From positions 150,001 through 182,000 of the forward strand of contig NC_013966.1 in assembly GCF_000025685.1 (NCBI RefSeq): a stretch of DNA of 32,000 bases, read 5' to 3'. Of this stretch, positions 19,148 through 25,475 are shown one piece after another. This DNA comes from Haloferax volcanii DS2 (GTDB lineage Archaea; Halobacteriota; Halobacteria; Halobacteriales; Haloferacaceae). Numbering within the stretch: position 1 is the first letter of the stretch; the number at the start of each line of letters is the position of its first letter. Made by a program: the position numbers and the translations under genes. The notes under the pieces were generated by a model that saw nothing but the letters and a program-made list of their open reading frames with translations, did no database searches and was not told the DNA's origin.

Positions 19148-19276
19148 ATGACGAACTCAGTCACGGGACGACTGTCGGCCCAACGGTGCCCGGAGTGCGG
19201 TTCGGAGACGCAGACGAGACACGGAATCGAACGCTGTACTGACTGTACGTGGCGCGCGCCACAGGGGGCCGACTGA
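19148..19276 (+). CDS. 42-aa CPxCG-type zinc-finger micro-protein (not in the ORF track)
   Basis: My own translation is MTNSVTGRLSAQRCPECGSETQTRHGIERCTDCTWRAPQGAD, with a CPEC-x12-CTDC pair. It has a TATA box at leaderless spacing. Small CPxCG zinc-finger proteins are a known abundant class in haloarchaea. Confidence 0.5.
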   Translation: MTNSVTGRLSAQRCPECGSETQTRHGIERCTDCTWRAPQGAD

Positions 19277-19385
19277 ACGGAAAGACGCTGTCGGTACCGC
19301 AGACGCGACCCGTCGAACCGACACCACCGTGTCCGGAGTAAACCGGAGAGAAAGTTATCGAATTGAATAACGAGCGGCGGCGGCG

Positions 19386-20126
19386 TTACGGAGTTGACTC
19401 CGCGTACTGGTTGAGGAGTTTCGCCTCGGCCTTCCGGAGATGTTCGAGCAGCGTGGTTTTCGAGATGTCGAGTTCGTCGGCCAATTCCCGCGTCGTCGTC
19501 GCCCGCGGCCACGTGTAGTAGTCGCGTCGACAGGCCAGTTCGAACACCTCGCGCTGGCGGTTCGAGAGCTTGTCCAGTTGGTGCGAGACGTGGTTTTTCG
19601 CGCCGGCGACAGAAGTGACCTTGGTGACGATGATTTCGGCCTGATTCGCCGCCTCCAGCGAGTCGAGGCGTTCGCGGAGGTCGGCCCGGTCGGCGGTGTC
19701 GATGACCGGCCAGTACTCCCAGCCGTCGTCGACGCGGACGGGCGCGTCGTGGACGAAGCCGTGTGATAGAAGCGAGTCGGTCATGCTGTTTTCGGGGTCG
19801 TACTCGACCATCAACTCCCGCGTCGTGTTGCCGACGTTCGACGCGCCGTTGTCGAACTCGTGGCGGGGGCTCAACTCGGAGACGGAGTCAGTCAACCGCG
19901 ACCGCTCGGTCGCGCGGACGAAGTCGTCGATGTCCTCGACCCGGTCGGCGTAGACCGTGAAGTGTCCCTTGACCGCGTCTTCGGGCGTGTTGTACACGGT
20001 GTGGGCGGTGACCCCGGCGTCGACATTCTCCGTCACTTCCAGCGTCCAGCAGTCCGGGTGCCAGACCTTGAGCGTGAGTCTGGTCGGGCCCGTGAGTTCG
20101 GAATTCGGTGCGCTAGCGTTCGACAT
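19386..20126 (-). CDS. HTH_10 (Bat-like) domain transcription regulator
   Basis: The C-terminus LSNRQREVFELACRRDYYTWPRATTTRELADELDISKTTLLEHLRKAEAKLL is HTH_10. I prefer ATG 20126 (MSNASAPNSE), which has a TATA box 25-34 nt upstream, to the ORF-track start at 20198. Confidence 0.85.
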   Translation of the reverse strand: MSNASAPNSELTGPTRLTLKVWHPDCWTLEVTENVDAGVTAHTVYNTPEDAVKGHFTVYADRVEDIDDFVRATERSRLTDSVSELSPRHEFDNGASNVGNTTRELMVEYDPENSMTDSLLSHGFVHDAPVRVDDGWEYWPVIDTADRADLRERLDSLEAANQAEIIVTKVTSVAGAKNHVSHQLDKLSNRQREVFELACRRDYYTWPRATTTRELADELDISKTTLLEHLRKAEAKLLNQYAESTP

Positions 20127-20150
20127 ACGAGATGGTTTCACTCCCGTACA

Positions 20151-20160
20151 GTATATATCC
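20151..20160 (-). promoter_or_regulatory. TATA box (GGATATATAC on the minus strand) for the HTH_10 regulator
   Basis: It lies 25-34 nt upstream of ATG 20126. It is the same decamer as at 18756..18765. Confidence 0.45.
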
Positions 20161-20333
20161 AACCGACCATGGGAGGTCGGCGTGTCGAGCGTGGTCACCG
20201 ATATTCGTCGACGAGTTCAGACCGAGATGAGTATCAGATCCGAAAACAAACTAGTTGAGCGACCGCGGCGGCCCGCTGGACCGGCACCGACTCGTCGAGC
20301 GTCAGCAGGTCTGTGTTCCGGCGGAGGGAAGCG

Positions 20334-20340
20334 TTGATAA
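20334..20340 (+). promoter_or_regulatory. TATA-like box TTGATAA for the DUF106 gene
   Basis: It lies 26-32 nt upstream of ATG 20366. Confidence 0.35.
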
Positions 20341-20365
20341 CGACCGCTCGAATAGGGGCGAGTGA

Positions 20366-21283
20366 ATGCCCGCAGACTCTTTAGAGACGTTACTGGACAA
20401 TCCGGCGATGCGGGAGGCGGTCTCGGTCGTCGTCGAACGGTCGAAACGGGGGACCGAAGAGCTCCGCTGGTGCGACGTGAACGACGCGCTGTCGAGCGGT
20501 CAGTGGGGCCGCCTCATCGAGCGCGGCGTCCTGACCGACGCTGCCGCCGGCGGCTTCGTCCTGTCCGACCCGGACCGAATCGCCTCGAAACTGCAATCGC
20601 GCGACCCCGGCGTCGAGGGCGGGAGCGACGACGCCGACTCGTCGTGGTCTCGGTGGGACAGACTCGGCGCGCTCGGCGTCGTCGTCCTGTTCGCCGGCTA
20701 CTGGAACGCCGGCGTTCGAAACGCGGTCGCCGGCATCGACAACGTCGTACTCGGGGCGCTGGCGCACTCGATACCGTTCTACGCCGTGGTCATCGTCCTC
20801 GCCGCGGCGACCGGCCTCTACTCGACCGTGATGCAGGACCGACTGAAGGACACGGAACTCCTCGAACGCCACCAAGCCCGGATGGACGACCTGAAGTCGC
20901 GCCGGGAGGCGGCGAAAGAGCGCGGCGACGACGACGCGCTCGAACGCATCGAGGCGGAGCAGATGGAGGCGATGGGCGACCAGTGGAGCGTGATGAAAGC
21001 GCAGTTCAGGCCGATGGTCTGGATAATGCTCGTCACCATCCCGGCGTTCCTCTGGATGCGCTGGAAGGTCCGCGGCGGCCACGTCGCCGCCGGCTCCGCG
21101 CACGTTATCCTCCCGCTCGTCGGCCGGGTGGGCTGGCAGGACGCCGTCTTCGGCCCCATGCCCGCGTGGATCGTCTGGTACTTCCTCTGTTCGTTCGCCG
21201 CCAGACAGCTCTGTCAGAAGCTCCTCGGAATCGACCCCTCCGGGACCGATCGCCCGGACTCGGAGTCCACGACCTCGTCCTGA
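20366..21283 (+). CDS. DUF106 / EMC3-TMCO1-like membrane protein (archaeal YidC/Oxa1-type insertase homologue) with an extra N-terminal soluble domain
   Basis: TM helices flank a charged coiled segment: YSTVMQDRLKDTELLERHQARMDDLKSRREAAKERGDDDALERIEAEQMEAMGDQWSVMKAQFRPMVWIMLVTIPAFLWM. This is the typical DUF106 layout. The first ~95 aa are soluble. Confidence 0.75.
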   Translation: MPADSLETLLDNPAMREAVSVVVERSKRGTEELRWCDVNDALSSGQWGRLIERGVLTDAAAGGFVLSDPDRIASKLQSRDPGVEGGSDDADSSWSRWDRLGALGVVVLFAGYWNAGVRNAVAGIDNVVLGALAHSIPFYAVVIVLAAATGLYSTVMQDRLKDTELLERHQARMDDLKSRREAAKERGDDDALERIEAEQMEAMGDQWSVMKAQFRPMVWIMLVTIPAFLWMRWKVRGGHVAAGSAHVILPLVGRVGWQDAVFGPMPAWIVWYFLCSFAARQLCQKLLGIDPSGTDRPDSESTTSS

Positions 21284-21357
21284 GCGACGCGAAACCACCC
21301 CTCGAAGCGTGCGTCGCGGGGTCCTTGACAATCCCTAAGTGGTTTTCAAACCGGTTC

Positions 21358-21364
21358 GTATAAA
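21358..21364 (+). promoter_or_regulatory. TATA-like box GTATAAA for the 21389 gene
   Basis: It lies 25-31 nt upstream of ATG 21389. Confidence 0.35.
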
Positions 21365-21388
21365 CCGACGCCGCGACGAGAGTTCGGC

Positions 21389-21826
21389 ATGGACCGCGAC
21401 GAACCCGAGCGGCGAGAGCCGAGCGACTCGCCCGCGACGACGACCGAACTCGACGAGACCGAACTCGAAGCGCTCGTCGAGTACGTCGGAAACGGGCGCG
21501 ACCGCGGAGCGTTGAGCGGACGCCGCCACGTGAGTGAGTACCCCGACGGCGACGATGGAAACGGCGACGGCGAGTTCGGCGACCGCGACGGTGACGGGCT
21601 CGACCGCGAGGCGGCAATCGACCGGTTCCGCGGGCCGGACGAGGTGCTCACGCGAGTCGTGCCGCACGCGGGCTACCTCGAAATCCACAAGCGGACGCCG
21701 TGCGCCGAGGGCTGTGCGTCGTGCCCGCACGGGCCCGCCGTCTACCACGTCCGGTGGGAGCGCCACCCCGGCGGCGAGGACCGACTCCACTGGGTCCTCA
21801 TCGGTCCCGAGGTCGGCGCGAACTGA
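21389..21826 (+). CDS. Acidic hypothetical protein with a C-terminal Cys/His cluster
   Basis: 145 aa. The N-terminal half is strongly acidic. The C-terminus reads YLEIHKRTPCAEGCASCPHGPAVYHVRWERHPGGEDRLHWVLIGPE. A TATA box lies at leaderless spacing. Confidence 0.6.
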   Translation: MDRDEPERREPSDSPATTTELDETELEALVEYVGNGRDRGALSGRRHVSEYPDGDDGNGDGEFGDRDGDGLDREAAIDRFRGPDEVLTRVVPHAGYLEIHKRTPCAEGCASCPHGPAVYHVRWERHPGGEDRLHWVLIGPEVGAN

Positions 21827-21843
21827 GTTTCCGCCGACTCGTC

Positions 21844-21879
21844 GGTCGGCTCGGTGGTCGGCTCGGCGGTCGGCTCAGC
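21844..21879. repeat. Three tandem copies of a 12-bp unit GGTCGGCTC(G/A)G(T/C)
   Basis: The copies are ggtcggctcggt, ggtcggctcggc and ggtcggctcagc. They lie in the spacer between two convergent genes and run into the ClC stop codon at 21875..21877. Confidence 0.85.
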
Positions 21880-23845
21880 GGTCTCCCGCCGCGGTGGGGG
21901 GCGCCGCCCGCGACTCCGACTGCGCCCCCTCGTCGCCTCGGCGACAGCGCATCGGCTCGACCGCCGACTCGATGGGGATGTCGTCGTAGGCGTCGAGCAC
22001 GTCGCTCCGCGTGACGATGCCGACGACCGTCGCCCCGTCGACGACCGGGACGCGACCCACGTCGGCGGCTTCCATCGCGTCCACGACGTGGAGGAGGTTG
22101 CTGTTCGGCGTCGTCGTGACGACGGTCCGCGTGCCGACTTCCTCGACCGGCGGGTCCGCCGCCGGGTCGTCGTCGCCGTCGAGGGCCTCGATGTTCTCGG
22201 TCAGATACCCCTGAGCGTCGCTCTGGACGACGATACCGGCGAGCGACTCGTCCGCTTCGACGATGGGAAGCCCGCCGTGGTCGGTGTCGCGGAGCCGATT
22301 GACGGCCTCCGAAAGCGGCGTTCCGACTTTGACGGTGTCGACGGCGGTCGTCATCACGTCGGCGACGTGCACGTCCTCGATACTTCCGATGCGGCGCTCT
22401 TGGACCGTGTAGCCGAGGTCTCGGAGCTTCTGGGTGTAGATGGTACTGCCGTTGAGGAGGTAGCTCGCGATTTCGCTCCCGACGACGCTGACCATCAAAA
22501 GCGGGAGGATGATGGTGTACTGGCCGGTGAGTTCGAAGATGATGATGATGGCGGTGAGCGGCGCGCCGGCAGTCGCGGCGAAGATGCCGCCCATCCCGAC
22601 CAGCGCGTACGCGCCCGAGGGGGCCGTCCCGGGGACGAGCGCGTGGACCGCGAGGCCGAACGCGCCGCCGACGGTGGCACCCACGAACAGCGACGGCGAG
22701 AACACACCGCCGGAACTCCCGCTCCCGACCGACATCGAGAAGCCGACCGCCTTGAGCACCGCCAGCGCGACGAGCGCGCCGAAGAGGAAGCCGCCGTCGA
22801 TGCTCCGGTGGACGACGCCGTAGCCGACCCCGAGGAGGAGTCCGGCGGCCTCCCCCGGCGCGACGCCGAGGACGACGGTCCCGACAAGGACGCTCACGCC
22901 GAGCAGGAGTCCGCCCAGCGCGGGCTTGAGATAGTCCGGCGCGTCGAGGCGCTCGAAGAAGTGCTCGACGCCGTAGAGCAGTTTCACGAGGCCCGCGCCG
23001 ACGAGGCCGACGACGGCCCCCAAAAGCAGGTAGATGGGGAGTTCGACCGCCGGCGTCACCAACTGGTAGGACGCCGGCACGAGGAACTCGCGGATGCCGG
23101 GCGTCGGCGAGAACTCCAGAATCGGGCGGGCGACCGCCGTCGCCGTCAGCGCGGCGAGGACCACCGTGATGACGTGGCCGAGGTAGTACTCCGCGAGGAG
23201 GATTTCGAGCGCGAACATGATGCCCCCGATGGGCGTGTTGAACGTGCCCGCGATGCCCGCGGCCGCCCCGGCCGCGACGAGCGTCCGCGTGTGCCGCGAG
23301 CGAACGAACCGGCCGAAAAAGGACCCGGCGGCGCTCCCGATTTGGATGATGGGCCCCTCGCGGCCGAGCGACGCCCCGCTCCCGATGGCAACGCTCGATG
23401 CGAGCGTCTTGTAGAGGGCGATTTTCGGGCTGATGCGGCCGCCGCGGTTCAGCATCGCGTCGAGGACGCTCGGCACGCCGTGGCCCTTGACCGCGTCGGT
23501 CGTGAGCAGGACGACGACGCCGACGAGGAGGCCGCCCAGCGCGGGGATGGCCGCGTAGCGGAGCGGCCCGAGCGGGGACAGGAGGTCGAAGGCGTTGGTC
23601 ACGGGCACGAGCGCGAACGAGACGTTGCCCGGGTTGAGCGAGGTGCCGTAGAGCAGTTCTTGGACGACCCAGATACCGACGCGGAAGACGACGGCCCCGA
23701 GCCCGGCGACGACGCCGATGGCGACCGCCAGCACGTTCATCGCGATATCTTCGTACCGCGGTTCGACCTCCGCCGACCGTATCGCCCTACGAATCCGCTC
23801 GCGCAGGGTAGACTCGTCACTCGGGTTTTGGGGCATCCGAGTCAC
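21875..23845 (-). CDS. ClC-family chloride channel/antiporter with a C-terminal CBS domain pair
   Basis: 656 aa. Contains GREGPIIQIGSAAGS, GSGSSGGVFSPSLFVGA and GIFAATAGAPLTAIIIIFELT, followed by two CBS-like repeats (VADVMTTAVDTV...LPIVE and LLHVVDAMEAADVGRVPVVD). Confidence 0.9.
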   Translation of the reverse strand: MTRMPQNPSDESTLRERIRRAIRSAEVEPRYEDIAMNVLAVAIGVVAGLGAVVFRVGIWVVQELLYGTSLNPGNVSFALVPVTNAFDLLSPLGPLRYAAIPALGGLLVGVVVLLTTDAVKGHGVPSVLDAMLNRGGRISPKIALYKTLASSVAIGSGASLGREGPIIQIGSAAGSFFGRFVRSRHTRTLVAAGAAAGIAGTFNTPIGGIMFALEILLAEYYLGHVITVVLAALTATAVARPILEFSPTPGIREFLVPASYQLVTPAVELPIYLLLGAVVGLVGAGLVKLLYGVEHFFERLDAPDYLKPALGGLLLGVSVLVGTVVLGVAPGEAAGLLLGVGYGVVHRSIDGGFLFGALVALAVLKAVGFSMSVGSGSSGGVFSPSLFVGATVGGAFGLAVHALVPGTAPSGAYALVGMGGIFAATAGAPLTAIIIIFELTGQYTIILPLLMVSVVGSEIASYLLNGSTIYTQKLRDLGYTVQERRIGSIEDVHVADVMTTAVDTVKVGTPLSEAVNRLRDTDHGGLPIVEADESLAGIVVQSDAQGYLTENIEALDGDDDPAADPPVEEVGTRTVVTTTPNSNLLHVVDAMEAADVGRVPVVDGATVVGIVTRSDVLDAYDDIPIESAVEPMRCRRGDEGAQSESRAAPPTAAGDR

Positions 23846-23912
23846 TCTTGCTCGATGGGGCGTTTGTCAGTTTCGTTTCGAACGCCGAACCGGCGAGCGG
23901 CCGCGAGGCGGG

Positions 23913-24278
23913 TCAGAGGGCGGCGCGCACGAGCGCGGCGTGCGTCGCGACGACACAGCCGCCCGCGACGACGCCGACCCACATCAGGAGGTGACCCGCA
24001 CCGAGGTCGAACGACACGCCGACGAGCCACAGGCCGACGAGGGTACCCGCGGACTTCGTGGCGTAGGAGAGGCCGCCACGCGCCGCGAGCTGTAACAGGC
24101 CGGTGCAGGCGACGCCCAACAGGAGGACGCTGACGACGACGTCGTCGCCGACCTCCGCCGGGGGGCCGCGGAACACGACGGCCGCGACGGCGAGCGCCGC
24201 CGCCGACGCGAGGTCGACGCCGAGCGTCGTTCGAGCGAGCGAGCGTTCGACCGGCAATCGTGGCTGTGTACTCGTCAT
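23913..24278 (-). CDS. Small polytopic membrane protein, function unknown (likely co-transcribed with the ClC gene)
   Basis: 121 aa with 3-4 hydrophobic helices. It is on the same strand as the ClC gene and 67 nt upstream of it. No TATA box is evident directly upstream of either gene. Confidence 0.55.
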   Translation of the reverse strand: MTSTQPRLPVERSLARTTLGVDLASAAALAVAAVVFRGPPAEVGDDVVVSVLLLGVACTGLLQLAARGGLSYATKSAGTLVGLWLVGVSFDLGAGHLLMWVGVVAGGCVVATHAALVRAAL

Positions 24279-24301
24279 GGGTGTCGAGCGCGCACCCGCC
24301 G

Positions 24302-24500
24302 ACGCGATGCCGAAACAAGGGGGAGTGCGCCGGATGGGGTATCGCGTTTCGAAGCGGTCAACGGTGGCGACACCGGGCAGGCTAAACCACCGAAGGGGCT
24401 GTCAGATCGAAGACGACGGATAGCAGTTAGCCGCTTCGTGGCCGTGAAACACGGCAATCGGTGGTTTGGCGTGGACGCTTATAGTCTTTTTCAAGGACTA
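24302..24500. ncRNA. Candidate structured RNA element or long structured leader (strand unresolved; G-U pairs favour the plus strand)
   Basis: Helices read by eye are 24302..24308/24341..24347, 24350..24357/24431..24438 and 24381..24392/24459..24470 (12 bp). Hairpins are at 24362..24375 (GCGA loop), 24441..24455 and 24482..24500 (with a T5 run). Confidence 0.3.
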
Positions 24501-24528
24501 ATATTTCGAAACAGCCGACAACCACTTA

Positions 24529-25302
24529 GTGATTGCCAAACCGAAAACGACACCGCGGCTGCCCGACCACAGCACACCGATGAACCGCGCTTCCGTCGCC
24601 CGTGTCACTCGTCTCGTCACCGTAGTCGGGGCCGCCTTCGTCCTCGCCGGACTCGCCGTGCAGGTCACGACGCTTCGACTCGGAGTTCCGCACCTCCAGT
24701 GGGGGCTCCGAGCCGCGAGCGACGCCGAGGTGCTGGGCGTCGGCCTCTGGTGGGTCGCCGTCGCCACCCGCCTCGTCGGGCCGCGGCGCACCCAACGACG
24801 TGTCGGCCGGGAACGCGACCCGACGCGGCAGGCGGTGTACGTCACGCGCGGGCTGCTCGACGCGCTGTTGGGCCGGGCCGCGCGGGCCGAACCGAGCCGC
24901 GAATCGCTGTCGCTCGGCACGACCGCCGCGGGCGAGTTAGACGGGGCGGAGTCGCTCGACGCGACCCGACCGGTGTTCAGCCATTTCGTCCACCCGAGCG
25001 CCGGCGCGGCGGTCCGGGGCGTCTTCGGCGTCGACCTCTCGACCGCGCCGGGGCGGACGCCGGGGCAGTTCGTCTCGCACCCGTGGGGACCGCTGGCGGC
25101 GACGAAGCGCGACACGCTCCGCGAGGTCGTCCTCGTCGCGGTCCCGCCGTGGGACGACGACTGCGTGGCCGCGTTCGACCGTGCGGGGCGGCGGCGTCCG
25201 CTCCGCGTCGTCGACGCCGAACCGTGCGAGTCGTTCGACGAGGCGATTTCGGCGGCCGGTCCCGCGGCGTCTCCGCCGACCTCCTCGGCGGCGGACGGAT
25301 AG
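24529..25302 (+). CDS. Hypothetical membrane-anchored protein (start at GTG 24529 or ATG 24580)
   Basis: G/C is consistently high at the third codon position in this frame only. It has two N-terminal hydrophobic segments. TAATATTT at 24498..24505 lies about 27 nt upstream of GTG 24529. I recognise no family. Confidence 0.45.
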   Translation: MIAKPKTTPRLPDHSTPMNRASVARVTRLVTVVGAAFVLAGLAVQVTTLRLGVPHLQWGLRAASDAEVLGVGLWWVAVATRLVGPRRTQRRVGRERDPTRQAVYVTRGLLDALLGRAARAEPSRESLSLGTTAAGELDGAESLDATRPVFSHFVHPSAGAAVRGVFGVDLSTAPGRTPGQFVSHPWGPLAATKRDTLREVVLVAVPPWDDDCVAAFDRAGRRRPLRVVDAEPCESFDEAISAAGPAASPPTSSAADG

Positions 25303-25475
25303 TCACCGCATCGATACAGTTATACACGACGGCTGGCCACGACTGACTGAACCGCCGATTCGCGAGCACAGCGACGGCGTCCGGTGCGGCCCCCCGTTCT
25401 GACGCCGCTCGCGTAGTGACGACGTCGGTCGGCGCGACAGACCATGCAATCGCCAACAGCCACTCGCAATCGACC

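Noticed and set aside
18740-19512. Minus-strand ORFs 18740..19114 (124 aa) and 19114..19512 (132 aa).
   Set aside because: Their translations are basic and Arg/Ser-rich, unlike halophile proteins. They lie antisense to the acidic wHTH-like frame and to the CPxCG zinc-finger ORF, both of which have TATA boxes at the correct spacing.
23846-24480. A fluoride (crcB-motif) riboswitch upstream of the ClC gene pair.
   Set aside because: I compared both strands with the consensus as I remember it: a GGCGAUG...CGCC stem, then AAAC.GCC, a hairpin, and CUGAUG plus a pseudoknot complement. There is no CUGAUG-type 3' half on the minus strand, and the only GCGAUG (24303..24308) is on the wrong strand. The channel also carries CBS domains and a GREGP filter, typical of general ClC proteins rather than the fluoride-specific clade. 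The region is kept only as an unclassified structured element.
24529-25302. A possible JAMM/MPN metalloprotease motif in the hypothetical protein (SHFVHPSAGAAVRGVFGVD).
   Set aside because: The spacing is H-x-x-H rather than the H-x-H-x7-S-x2-D of JAMM. No upstream Glu motif is evident, so the resemblance is superficial.
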